64,000 bases of DNA from Ramazzottius varieornatus (Eukaryota; Animalia; Tardigrada): positions 1,187,773 through 1,251,772 of the forward strand of contig BDGG01000010.1 of NCBI GenBank assembly GCA_001949185.1, read 5' to 3'. The position numbers and the translations under genes are program-made. This document shows, one piece after another, positions 50,801 to 63,984 of this stretch (within the stretch, counting starts at the first letter, position 1; each line of letters begins with the position of its first letter). Under the pieces are notes generated by a model that saw nothing but the letters and a program-made list of their open reading frames with translations, ran no database searches and was not told the DNA's origin.

Positions 50801-53800
50801 TCAAGCCTAGGTGTAAAGTGCAGAAAGTGTGTGTTGTGAACGCAGTGCAGTGCAACAGGTGCTGAGTGACGGAAGAAGGAAGACGAAAAAACCCCGATCA
50901 ACTGACGAATATTCGACGTTAAAGTGCGGAAGATGTTTGCGATTTGATCAGAGAATGTCGAGTGCAGAATAAAGAAAGATGGCCGGCGCAAGTGTGGAAA
51001 AGTGAGTGGTGCAGTCAAATGCTTTCGCATTACCGTGTGAACAGGTTATGATGCTGGTAAAGACGTCATCTTACGTGCAAGAAAAGGCCTGACTAACGTT
51101 GGTATGCGGATGTACTCCGTGTACTGAACGGGAGGAAGGTCCATGAAGTACCGTCGTCGCTGTTCAGCAATGACTTCCGTCCTGTACAGCAACCCCGCAG
51201 TCATGTCAATGCGGCCAGCATCTGCCTCCTCTAGCTCCTCTTGGTACTTCCGCTTGAGCAAAGGCGACATAAGACTTCTTTGGACCTTCCGCGCTTCTTC
51301 CTTCTGAAGCCGCAAACTTCGCCGGAGGAATATTTCCGACTTCAATTCTTCCACTTGAACCGGGCTCAGTGGCTGTGTTGGGAAAGTTGGGGTTACCGGA
51401 CTTATCACTCCCCGCAAGGCTGAGCCAGAACGATGCTCCACAATGTCATTCAGTGCGTGGTTATTCTCCAGCATATTACGTTCGTTTTCCGCAGTTATCA
51501 AAGTATTGTTCTCTTCCCAGTCTCTCGAGAAGCTTAATTCCTCTTCTTCGTCATCGTCACTGTCACCCTTGTCAAACGTCAAGTCTGAATCTGGATCCGC
51601 GAACTGTGGAACTAAGTTGGCATACCGAGTAAAGTTCGAACCTTCCAGGCGTTCTTCGTACGTCGCAGTGCCAAGGAAACCTCCTCTCACACCCGCGCTC
51701 TGAAAAGGCCGAATTTTACGACGATCACTATCTTCAGAAAGAACTTCATCAGAGTCCAAGTCATCGTCCGTAGCGCCTCCAAGCCCGTTCGCTCTCTTGT
51801 CGAGGAGTTTCTTGTACCGGTCCACTTCTCGTAGCCGATCTTCGTAGGTCGCCACGCCCAAGAACCACGGCTGCTGTAACTTATCATTTTCATTCCAGAA
51901 ATATTCCGCTTTGTTTCGCCGTTCATCGTTATTCCAAACGAAGTCTAGGTCGGCAGCGCGGAGAAGGCTCCTGGAAGCTACTTCGGGAGCTACAGAAGCC
52001 AAAGACCGGAAGTCTTTTGGGTCTTCAGGTTCTTCGCGCTGGTTCACGACGCTGTTGATATATTCGGAATAGTTGATTGATCTTTCTGGACTCATGATAC
52101 GCCGGAACCACACTCGGTCTTTTGTACCAGAAGGCATCAGAGGTGGACTGACTATTCGACCGAAGTCCACCGACAGTCTGCGTGGGTCTGTACGACTCAA
52201 CCTGGCCGAAGCCCTGACTTCCGCATACGAGAAGTAGTTGTCTTCCTCGCCGCTTTCATCACTCTCACTGTCGGTGAACCAGCCAGACTGTCCATGGATG
52301 TCGCGTTCAGAGGGCAAACCTTGGTAAGGGGACCTCGAGGAAGCCCGAAGTCGGTCTGAGTATGGCGCGATGTCCACTAGACCTGTTGCACTGCTGCGAC
52401 CTGTTTCGTCATACTTACCATGGACAACGTGTCTCTCGTTTCGATCATAGGAAATTTCACTTCGGTCGTGCGATGTCTCTCCTGTCTGAAGATGACGAGT
52501 CTTTTCGATCCATTCGGCTCGTTCTTCCTTCTTGTCGAATTTCTTCCGAGCTTCTTCCATGAAACCTTGAAAGAAAAACTTGGTATATTTCAAATCTATA
52601 AAATGTTCGACAAACCGTAACGCGTTTCTCGGACAAACAAATATTCGCGAGGTATCAAAATATACTTTTAGTGTTTCAATAAGAAATGTTCGAATATTTG
52701 AAGAGTAAAATTCATCAAGTTTGTCCTTACTTGTTTCGGTTCTCTCGACTGTTTCAGTTTCGGACGTTTTCTCCCAGATACCACGGTCATTTATCCGGCC
52801 TTTAGTCCGTTTGTTCTCTTGCTCGCGTCCAGTTTTGAGCAAATAGTCCACATCGATCTCCTCTTCCTCGTTCTTTTCATACCTCTCCACAGTCTTGCGC
52901 CGTTCTTCGGCGCGCTTCTTCTCTTCCTGCTTGCGCCTTGCCTTGATCAGGTAGTCCACTTCCTCTTCTTCCTCTTCGCTCAGCTCATCCCGGTCCAAGA
53001 TCTTAACCCTCTTTCGAGGTGGAGGCGGAGGGAAGATCTCAGCTACGGCAATCAGCAACTGTTCTTGTTGGTCCTCCGTTAATGGTGGAGTTATCTGAAG
53101 AGTGGCGTAAAGGAGCTGCTTGTGCTGTTTGAGCGTCAACCCAGGAACAATATCGGCGCTGATGGTAGCCAACTGTTGTTGCTGTTCCACAGTCAGCGGT
53201 GGTGTGATTTCTTTACCTGCAAAACGACACCTGATAAGATACTGTCCTCCCCTCACAAACCTGCAAACACGTAAATGAACGGCCACAGTGATGTTCCTGT
53301 GTGCAAGTGCATGAGCAACTGGTACGTTTATGTTGGCCGTTCTTTTATGTCGTGACTGGTTATAAATCTTGGGATCACTTACCTTCGAGAAGTTGTCGTT
53401 GTTGATTGATGCTCAAAGCAGGATGGATCATGACCAGCGCATTCAGCAGCGACCTCTGCTGTTCGGCAGTCAGCGGTGGGAAGATCTCCACGCTGGCTAT
53501 GAGGAGTTGGTGTTGTTGTTTGGGTGTCAAAGGTGGGATGATTTCGATGAAGGCTGTCAGTAAGGCTTGTTGGACATCAAGGTCGATCTTGGTTTCGGTA
53601 GTATCGATCTGCTCCACGTCAAGAGGAAGGCCGTGCGGGACTACCGCCTGTGGATTCAGCGTAGCGGTGTACAGGTAACCGTACGTGCCTAGCGCCTTCT
53701 GCAGGTGACCGGCGTGCTCTGTGTCGAGCTTCTCACTCCAAGTCTTGCGGGGAATGCGACCAGAAGGCTTGGGAAGCGGGCGAGCCGGCTCTTCTCTGGG

Positions 53801-56800
53801 CCGCTCAAGCTGCAACAGGGATCAAATTCTCACAAAGTAATCTTTCTACGAATTTTCCAGCAGAAGTGAAAATACTATGCAGCAGAAGTGAAAATACTAT
53901 CCTTACCTGCACGTCTTGCTGAGCCCGTTTCGGTTGAGGTACTGCATGTCTCTGTAAGCTGGATTTCCACCTTTCTTCCTCTTCGGGTGTGTCGAAGTGG
54001 ATCTCGGAGAGTTCTGTGCGGTCAGCTGTAAAGATGAACGGCTCAGTTTATGGTGTTCCAGTTACCTGCCAGGAAAGGTAACACGACTTACCTTGTCCTT
54101 TTGGTGCTCTGCTGAAGTCATTACGTTGATTACGCTTGGGTGGTGGCGGAGGGGGCTGCCCAATAGTGGCCTCCACCTTCTCTAGAGATTTCACCTTCCG
54201 GTCCTCCACCTTAGCTTTTGACAGCGTCTCGAAAGGCTGCCTCGTGACATTCGGCCTCTGTGGCTGTGGTTTCTCGTGTTCCTCCCATGAGCCCGAAATC
54301 AGACTTAACCTATCCTCCTGGTCTTCCCCGTAATGGAACGTGGGTATCTCTTCCACCGTCGAGGGTTTCTGTTTCTTCGGTGGGACTATTTCAGCCGAAG
54401 CCGACAGATGAGTCTGTTTCTCGACTTTTGCTTGCCTCGCACCCGGAGGAGTTATCTCGGCCGAAGCTACGACGTGGGTTGGAGGAACGATCTCGGCTGT
54501 GGCTGTCAGTTCCGGGTGGCGAGGTGGCGTGGCTGCACGGACTTCACCGATACTGGAGACGTCGTCTGGTATCTCGGAAGGAGCTTTGCCTTCTTTGATA
54601 TACCAGTCGATCTTCTCAACGGTCTCTTCGATGGTCTCCACTGGGCGTTCGCTCTCGATGACGTGGAACTCGATGGAAGGCTCGAACTCGGGTTTCTTCG
54701 GTTCAATGGTGGCTTTGTAGGTGTAACCGTAGAGTCCGAGAGACTGAGGGAGCGGTTCGCCTGTTGGTTCGGGGACAATCGTCTCTAGATGCACGTGCTT
54801 CTCCACCCGACCGGAAGTTGGCGGTAACGGTGCTGGTGGTGGTTTTTCCATCTAAAAAAAATCACAGTTTATTTTGATGTCAGGTTGAATTTAAGAAATA
54901 GTTTGGCTTCACATACATACCTGCAGCAGCTGTTCCACACGCTCTCGTTTCTGGCGACCTTGAAGAGCCACAGAAGTCTCGAAGATATGAGGTTCTTCGG
55001 GCACGAGGCCGACCTCGTCATGGTAGACAGCTGCGCCTGTGAAAAATAGTACAGCGATCGATGTTTGCAGTATACAAAGCAGTTGTCAGAAGTGAAAAGA
55101 TTTCTTACTGTCAATAGCTGCTGTCATAGACACTGTCCTGGGCGGTGGGGGGATGATTTCAGTTGCAGCAATAATCTTAGCTGACGGTGGAATGACTTCC
55201 GCCTTGGCCACCACCTTTGGTTGTTCCCGATGTATTACGTACTCTTCGGCCTTCTCCACTTCCTGCACTTGTTCATGAACAACCTTGGGCTGCTCGCGTT
55301 TTATGATGTACTCTTCGAACTTCTTCACTTCTTGGACGCGTTCGTGGACGACGCGAGGTGGTTGTGGAGTGGGCGGTATGATGTCGGTCAGAGCAGTCAA
55401 GCGAGTGTCTTCCCTGCGTTCTTCCACGATTCTTTCAAACTTCTTGGTCTCTTCTCGGGGCTTGACATATTGTGGAACGATGGGCTGCGTGACGACTGTG
55501 GACTCTGATGGTGTGGAAATGGGGCGTGGTGGTATGAGAACTGGCGGTTGCGAAGGCGGCTCGTCGATACCGAAGATCAGAGCGACGTCATGTTGAGCAG
55601 GTATCACGCGCGTTTCTACAAAGAAACTCGTTAGAATATTACAATAAAATTTAGACAGTATTTTCTCCTTTTTTTGAATAAACGGTTCCATTTATGATAC
55701 TTAATTGAGCTATTTAACCTATCTTGAATATATGTGGGCACGAGTACCTTCGAATGTGAACTTTTCCACAGGTAATGGCTCGAATGGTGGCGCTGTTTCG
55801 TAATCTTCCAGACCAAGGGTGACACTAACGTCTTTCTTCACTTCGCGCTCTTCCTGGAAGACGATTTTTTCCTGAGGAGGCGGCTCATAGTAAACGTCTT
55901 CGTTGAGGCCAACCACCATATCGACTTGTCTTTCATGCTTCCTTTCTTCCTCGAACCGGAAGGTGTTGGCCTCAATGGGTCGCCGAGAAACCTCCTAGAA
56001 GCAAAAACCGCTGAAGTCACTTTCTGCGGCTTGTCGTTTTTATTTAATCCTTACCATTTTTTTGACTTCTTCTTGAAGACCAATATTGACAGACACATCG
56101 CGCGCCGGTTGAGGCCTTTCTTCTGCGAAGACGATCTTTTCCTGCCTGTCTACTGTCCTGGTTGTTTCCGTAGTAGTCGGTGGCGACGGAACATACGGTC
56201 GAGGTTTATCAAGGCCTAATATCATGTTGACATCTTTGGTATGTCTACGTTCCTCCTGGAAGGTGATCTTCTCGTCTGGCTTTTCCTGTTGGCCAGTCCA
56301 GGTATACTCGCGGACGTGCTTACCCTTTCCTGGTATATCGTAGCTGACAGAGATCTGTCGGACATTCTCGCGGCGTTCTTGGTACTGGACTTGCTCTTTG
56401 GCGGACTGCTTGTAGCCTTTCGACTCCGTTACACGGGTAAATCCTGATCTGGAACCTTTCTCACTTTGGTGTACGACATCTTTCTCTATGGGCTGAGCAA
56501 AGGATAGGAGTGGCCGGTCACCGGGTTCGGTGACTATCCCGTGGACAGGCTTGTCTTCGCCGTTGACCGTTATGACGGTACTTCCGGCTATCGTGGCGAT
56601 TTCTTCGATGCGCGGAGTTGGGCTAGTGACGTTCTCCCTTGCGTAGTGAATGTTCACATTCCTACCGAACGAAGAAAAAATCAACTGGGATGAAATGCCG
56701 GGGGCAGACCTCAATTCAGCCAACTTTCAGGCACCTACATACAGAGAGCCCAGCTTCTGTCGGTAGTTACTGGTATGCAGGTGCGTGAAAAATGGCAATT

Positions 56801-59800
56801 TAAAATTAATAGCCAACTAGATTGACGGATAGCTAATTTGTTTTCGTACCTGCGATTGGAGAAATGATCGTCGATATTCCGTACCCAATCTGGTTTGTCG
56901 GTTTTGTCGGTATAATTGATCAAAACCCTTTCATCACGCATGTTTTGTTGGCGCGTGGTCGACGACGTCTAAAATCACATCATAGAAGCCGCTGGTTATG
57001 AAACATAATGGAATCCATATGCCGTGTAACCGCCGTGAATAGGCCCGCATAAATTAGATCAAAGTATCGCTCAAAGCGGACTTCCTTACATGGGACTTGT
57101 CGATCATAGTGCCAGCATCAGTGGCCGCAGAGAACCTTCCGCTGGTAGGGTGCTGTGGTCGTTGCCGCGAAGGTCGGAGCGGTGTGGGTAGTGTTGTATC
57201 CGACGTGCTCAGAAAATCTTCAGGGACCGCGTTCTCTGTGATATAAAGAAGAACATCGTCAAAATATTGAAATCATGTACCGTAATGGCTGGTGAAAGTC
57301 AAATCGTGTGTTATCATTGCACAGTCAGCCTACAAAATGGCAGTTTCTGCTGACGAACGGTAATCGCTAAAGTTACAAAGGCGGAAGGGTATGATATTCA
57401 AACAGACGTCACGCCAAACATACCGTCGCCAAAGTGCGGAAACTTCACCGGATTACGTGATGGCGGCCGCCGCTGTCCAAGCGAGCCATTTTGTGCTAAA
57501 TTCCCACGGTCCTTCAAGGCGCGGTTATCCAGATGCTCTCCCGACTGAAAAAGAGTCGAAGCATTACCACCAAGTTTTTATTCCATATTTAGACTCTTCG
57601 CTTGACTGCTGCTAGGTCGAGTTTTCTTATCGCTTGGTGAAGTTCGAAAAATTCAGGCTCAAATGAGACCGGTGGAAACTAGAAGATGCGAGTCACGCAC
57701 CTGCATGCCTATTTATTGCAGAAAGCATGATTATTGTCGCATGCAGGTGCTCCAAACCTCTGCATATTCTGTTCATCGGCTATCAGTTTTCTCACCTTGA
57801 TTTCGGAAAGATCGACGCTCGAAACAGCAGAGTCTCGTCGGAAATCATTGGGATGAGCAGGCGTGGGCCCAACTGCAACGGGCACAATTCGCTCCTGCAA
57901 TAAATAAAGAGTTTTTCAACCATAAAACGCGCTAGTAACAGCATTTACTAAGCAGTAGACCTTCGTAGGTCCGTGACAATGGTTTCGCTCAGAAACACAA
58001 TTAAGACGTAAAAGCCACTTCGACAGCTTTAGACGAATTCTATGAATATTAAACATACCCCTGTAGAGCTGATGTCCGTAAGGCGTGAATGAGTTCGACG
58101 TTCTTCAACTTCCTTCTGTCAAAACACAAAACACAGATCTTAAAAAGTACTGTTGGTTTCTACATAGTCGTTATTCACCGCTGTCGAACAGCTTAGGTAT
58201 GCAGTGAGAAGCAGCCCCTGATTTAAGGCCCATTGGTCCGTAAGTGATGCTTTACATTCTCTAAATCTACGGTATGGACTTCATATGGCAGGTAAACAGT
58301 AATAATGCCATTACAATGACGACTTAGTCGGGTTGTGTAACACCACGGTAAATAACAGCAGCGTGCCGGGCAGCGCGACCCGCATTTCCCATATTCAATG
58401 ACCATGCAGCCTACACTGACGTCACTGCGCTTAACAGTATCAGGTTCCCCATTGCGTCTATCATGGGTCCTAATGGCTTTATTCTGGCGAAAAAGAACAA
58501 AACTTACCGTGGTGTCTTTTCTTTGATAAGTCGATTTGTCGGTCCGTTGATCCGTAACGAGTGGCCGGTGATGATGGGCAGTCGGCCCGGGACGCTCCTC
58601 GGATGAGCCGATGACGCGGTACCGATCATCAATGGTCACTCGATCCTTCGCGCCTTTACGATCACGCGACTGTGGTGAACTCTTGCCTGAACACAACGGA
58701 ACAGACTTCATTCAGCTTTACCCGTACATATCAAACAAATTGTGGAAGAAAAAAGAGTGGTCAACAAGATGCTTCGCAGCCTTATCCCGCAGACCTGCAT
58801 ACCTTCGTATCACACTAGGTGCACTGTGTAATGTATGCAGGTGCATGAAACGCAACTTTTGTCCGCCAGTCTTCCAAACGCTTCTCAAATCCTTATCCCG
58901 ACATGATAATTTTGAAAACTTTTATTCGTGAGAAAAAAGATTTTTGGATCAATCTAATTAATGAACAAGTTTGGGTTGACTTACCTTCGTCCATCATATC
59001 CACTTGAGTGGCGAGCGTATCGTGACGGGTCGCGCTGCTGGTCTGATGCTCATCGACAGGCTTGAAGTGTAGCGACTCTTGACGAGTGTCTCTCAAGTGA
59101 GTCAATTCCGTGGATTGTGAGAAGTGCTGCGTTCGGCTGTCTGGCAAGTGCTGATGCGTCGAAGGACCAATGCCTTCGCTTTGGTCCAAATATTTATCCA
59201 CAATTTCGCTCCGCTTTGTTGTGGTTGTTGTGGAGGTGTTATTGTGTAATGTCGGCTGGCGCCTTACTTCTGACGGCGACCTGAAGACTTCTTGCTCAAC
59301 CTTCTCGGCGAACCTTTCCTCTTCGTGGTGAGGCTGATGGACTCGAGGACCTGGAAAGTCCCTCACTTCCTTGTGAACTTCTTCGTTATGCGTCCGACTT
59401 ACTGTTGCCAGTGGGCGGTTAGTGGGATTATCGTACAGATGTCTTTCCTCGGTTTCTTCGCGTCGTTCTTCCCTGTATTCCGGACGATCGACAAGAACCG
59501 GACGATGATCTACTGGCCTTTCGTCGCTAATGAAGTAATTTTCTCTTCGCTCGGTATTTGTCGATGTTTGGTCGACTCTGTTATCTAACGGAACTCTTTG
59601 GGTTCTCGGCTGATCGTAGTCTTTTGTCACATCTACTCGCTCTTCGTACTGATCGGTTCGTGTGGTCGTATCTTGATTGTAATCCTGACGATATGGAACT
59701 GTCCGTTGATCAGGTTGACCTACAAAATACAACCGTATGGAGCCCATGTGAAACTCCCGCCAGGCACGGCCTTGCTGACTAAGTAACATCACAACCCAAG

Positions 59801-62800
59801 GTCGTGCTGGGAGTGAAGAAATGAAGTACTGGACTTACCTGGGCTGGGAAAATTTCCGTATATATCAGTCCTTTCTTCTTTCTCTACCCTCGTGGTGTCG
59901 AGACGGTCGTCGGTACTAGCCGGATAAACGTTCTGCTGCGGGAGAGGGCGATACGTCCCGGTGATACTAGTCCTTTCCTCTCGGTCTTCCTTGTCGGACC
60001 TTGTAGAATAGTTGACAGGACGATTTGGGACCGGTTGTCTTTCCGGGTACCCGTTGCGGTAGTTTTCAACGACCAAAGTCCTTTCTTCCTTGTCCTCTCG
60101 GTCAGTCCTCGTCGCCAAGTCAGTGCGATTCGCCGGTTGCTGCAGTACCGATACGCTGTCGGGGAACTCTTCGTCCAGATACCGCTCTTCGCGTTCTTCC
60201 TTTCTGGTCGTGGTAGTTTCACTAGTGGGACGATACGGACGGTAACTGCCGGTTACTGAAGTTCGTTCTTCTCGCTCTTCCGTGTCGGTTCTGGTGGTTC
60301 GGGTGTCAGGTTGTCTGTCTGGGTAGAATGGAAGGTAACTGCCAGTTACTGAAGTTCTTTCTTCCCGGTCTTCTCTGTCGGTCCTCGTTGACCAGTTTTG
60401 CGGCTGTCTTTCCGGGTAATCGTTACGACGATTCTCGATCAACGAAGCCCTATCTTCTCTTTCTTCGATATCAGTACGAGAAGATGTCAAGTTGTTTACT
60501 GGCCGGTCTGGCGTACCATAGCGATACCGTTCCGTCACACTAGTCCGTTCGATGTTTTCATGGATATTGGTACCTGATGGATATCCGTTCAGTTGATTCT
60601 GTCCCCGACGACTACTTACGTCAGATGTATCCGACGTTCTTCTTCGTTTGTCATAGTACGTTCGTTCTTCGGTTTGTCGACGATCCGTAGTTTCGTCGTA
60701 CCGATCGCTGTGAGGTCCTCCGTTCACTGAGCGGCCATTCTGGTCTTTGTACAGGGAATATTCTTCCTCGGTGCGGTCTGTTCGGCGTTCGGTCTCGGTC
60801 CGCTGGTCACGAGGAGCTCGATAGCTAGCCACGTACCCGCTGGTTTCGACTCTCTTGTCAGTGCGTGTGTCTTCTCGGGTATTGTAGTCGTCGTCGTGAT
60901 ACCGATACCTGTCGTCAATGTCAATTATCTCCTCCTCGTTGTGATGATGTCGACGGTCGCGACGATCAAGGCTGTTGTAGGGCGTATCTTCCGGAGACTC
61001 GATAATAATGTCGTGATCCTAATAAGCAACAAAATATAAAAATATTTCTGTATAAAATAAAAACGATATTAGAAAATAAGAACGATAATATTTAGGCAAA
61101 GAAAGACTGATGTGAAAATAAAGTAGTCTCGGACGAGACTGACAAGCTCAAGCATTCGTGATCGTGTTATGTGAGAGTGACGAAGGTAGAGGTGATAACG
61201 TACTCTTTGCTCATCAGTTCGCCCACGCGTAGTATCCGATCGTCCATAGTAATTTTGCTCAGTCGACTGTATATTCGTGGTATGATCTCGAAGATCCTGC
61301 AAGAAAAACTAAAGACGACTGATTCGATGAATAATTAAGCAAACATAAAGTCACCAGCAATCTGTGGCACAAGTATGAATGTTCAGCAAACAAGAACCGG
61401 ACGGGCGATTGAGTAATCAAAGAACGTAATCATACACGACATCGAGAAATTCCAATTCGAAAATCAGCTCAGCTCTTTGAGCTTGCCACCTGAAGTCACA
61501 CGTACGGCGAAGACTGTATACGTACTTGTCTTAATCCAGGAGCACTTGAGGAATCTCCATCAAAGTACCTCACGTTTGATTTATGCGTTTCTGTCACTTT
61601 CTCGTCCGTGACGCTCTGCTTGGAGAACTTCCGCTTTGAGTTCTCCGTCCGCTCTAGAAGGGAATGTGTGCTCTTTGACGACCGCTGTTTATTGTTGGGA
61701 TGATCGAAGTCAACTCCCTGTAATCAACAGTGTCAGCTTTAACACCTCGTTCAACGCATACTGTGATGCTTCATGAACTTCGCGAATTTATGACATCATA
61801 CGCGCGAAACATCCCTTAGGGGGTTGGTAAGGCAAAATTTTCGGACCGGGGTTCAATGCACGTGTATGACGACGTAATTCGCGAAGTTCATCAAGCATTA
61901 CAGTACCTGGCACGTGGGCAAATGATCTAAACCAGATCGTTTTCCGAAGCAGCGCACACTTCCAGCCGATAACAATGGAAGTTTCCGCCACTTGGGAAAA
62001 CGATCTGCTTCAGTCGATTACCTTCGTCTCGCTTATTAGAGGTTCGGAAATTATTCCAAGATAATCCATTACTTTTCTTCGAAATTTACCTCCTTCGTGT
62101 GGGACTCTTCGATTCTGGACGTGAGGCCGGCTGGTCCTTCTTCGTACTTCCGTGACTTCTTGTGGACATAGGTGATGCCGTTATGTTCCCCGTGGGTATA
62201 TTCCTCTTCGTCCGCATGACCATAATTCCGATCTTCAACTTCGTCGTGAACACTTTCGTGTCCATTCACGGCGTGCGTATGCTCGTTGTACAGAACCACG
62301 GCCTTTTCACTTTCCTCCCCACTAACAAAAATTTCGTCCTTTATGCGTGTCTGTCAATAAGAAAAAATGACATCGTTGCCCGCGCATGCAACACAGAAGG
62401 AACGAGACAAGTTTCGATTTTGTTCGAACACGGTCTAACAAATTGACAATGCGCGCTTCCTTTGTCCGATTGGTCAAGGCTGCACCCAAGCACCGCGATC
62501 AAGGCCGTGCTCAATGGTACTCTCTTCCGTGTTCAAGATTTTAGAGCCTATTACAGGAATAGCTATCCCGCTTCGGAGAAGTACGATGTGACTGCTACCT
62601 TTCTGGATCGTTCAATTTTACGGGAGCGCTGGTTCGTTTGAATTTCCTTGAGCTGCCATCCTTCGGGAAGAACTATGGGAAGTTTGTCCGGGTCCAGAGG
62701 TACACTGTCCGGCTTGCCGCGAATCTTGACGACTAGGTTTCCGTCCTCACCTACGGTGCACTCGATCTTCCCTGGACCGTTACCGTTGATGGGAACCAAG

Positions 62801-63660
62801 TCAGTCTGATTGGATAAAAGCCGTTATTAGAAAAAGTTGCACATCAGTCAAAAAAGTGACCAAGCGTGGTTCACTCTTACCGAGGTCTTTTCTCCATCTG
62901 GGCCAGTTGATCTCTTTGGCGTTTCCTCACTGTAGGTGTAGACATATTCGATCGGAGGTTGGTTGCTGTCTCCGGAATACTTGTATGAGTCCCGTTTCGT
63001 TCGTTTTTCTGTAATTAGAAATACGGCCGATGATTACCCCAAACTTCACTTCGCACAGCACGTGAACCCGGAAATGGGAAATCAATCGAGAATACTTACC
63101 ATGCCTGGAGGAAGTCTTGTGTTTTACCTAAAATCATGGATAAAATTATGCATCAGATCCACATATCTCACCTGAACAACTACAGTAGTACAGTGGCCAA
63201 ATATCGAATTCAGGGATATCCGCGCACGATGTCTCATTTGATTGATGCGCAGGAAATTTGTTCGATAGTTTAAATTTAGCAGGCAATAAAAATTTTGGTC
63301 GAAACTGCAGGTCGCAGATCATTTATTACAACCTCCGGGTACAGTTACTTATCTAGCTGAAAATCGTAATGGCTTTCTCTTACAACTCTATATCCGCAGT
63401 TCCTTACTTTACCCATACTGTATGCAGCTCAAGAAGTTTCGAGCCTGACATGCTTTCAGCTTTGTAAATTCCGATTTATCTAATATTATTCGATCTGTGT
63501 ATCCTCTGATGCATCACTTAGATAAATGTAGTATCGTGGAAATTTTGTGAAAAAAACCTTCACGTACCTCCAACACTGGCTCTTCGGAATAGCGGTTCCC
63601 GTGATGAGCGATAGGCCGAGCAGGGATAATAGCTGTGATGGGTTCTTCCGCGATCACCAT
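47849..63660 (-). CDS. Giant multi-exon (>20 exons) low-complexity repeat protein rich in E/R/T/P; uncharacterised
   Basis: Chain of same-strand ORFs (62563, 62069, 59789, 58893, 56040, 55086, 54048, 53375, 51046, 50175, 49317, 48302, 47964) bounded by GT/AG sites, phase-compatible at the junctions I checked. Candidate ATG at 63660 (MVIAEEPITAIIP); last exon RTIRRVEEEEEDIISVAGTDA* with TGA at 47851-49. Could be more than one gene. Confidence 0.65.
53858..53900. repeat. Intronic tandem duplication, 2 x ~22 bp
   Basis: cagcagaagtgaaaatactat occurs twice, separated by one g. Confidence 0.85.
59870..60500 (-). repeat. Degenerate coding repeat T-R-[TS]-D-x-E-[DE]-R-E-E-R-T-S-[VI]-T-G-[ST]-Y, about 5-7 copies
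   Basis: TRTDREDREERTSVTGSY, TRTDTEEREERTSVTGSY, TRTDREDKEERTLVVENY, TRSDKEDREERTSITGTY. DNA identity is visible between 60241-60270 and 60334-60363. Confidence 0.8.
63474..63526. repeat. 53-bp element with 10-bp terminal inverted repeats, copy 1
   Basis: atttatctaatattattcgatctgtgtatcctctgatgcatcacttagataaa; termini atttatctaa / ttagataaa(t). Confidence 0.9.
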
Positions 63661-63931
63661 GATCGCGAACGTCCAGCAGACTTCCTCCTACGGTTATCTT
63701 AACTCCCAGCAAGCATTTGGTACCTCAAATCAAGACTCCAGTACGTCGAAGCTCCAGCGAATTAGACAACTCGAACTTGGATTCGTTTTGCAACAAACGA
63801 GGAAAGGTGATCGAGAATGTTTAGCGCCGCAGAAGACAAATGCTGTCAATCCGAAGTAGCACATTAGTCATGTGTAACAAAACGAGCGCACTTACGCATC
63901 ACTGGCTCTTGCGTACGTCCATCTTTGCAGC

Positions 63932-63984
63932 ATTTATCTAATATTATTCGATCTGTGTATCCTCTGATGCATCACTTAGATAAA
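63932..63984. repeat. 53-bp element with terminal inverted repeats, copy 2 (identical direct repeat of 63474-63526)
   Basis: Exact 53-nt match, 458 bp downstream of copy 1. Confidence 0.9.

Noticed and set aside
63190-63422. TA-CAGT…ACTG-TA bounded segment as another Tc1-like MITE
   Set aside because: The inverted match does not extend beyond 4-5 bp.
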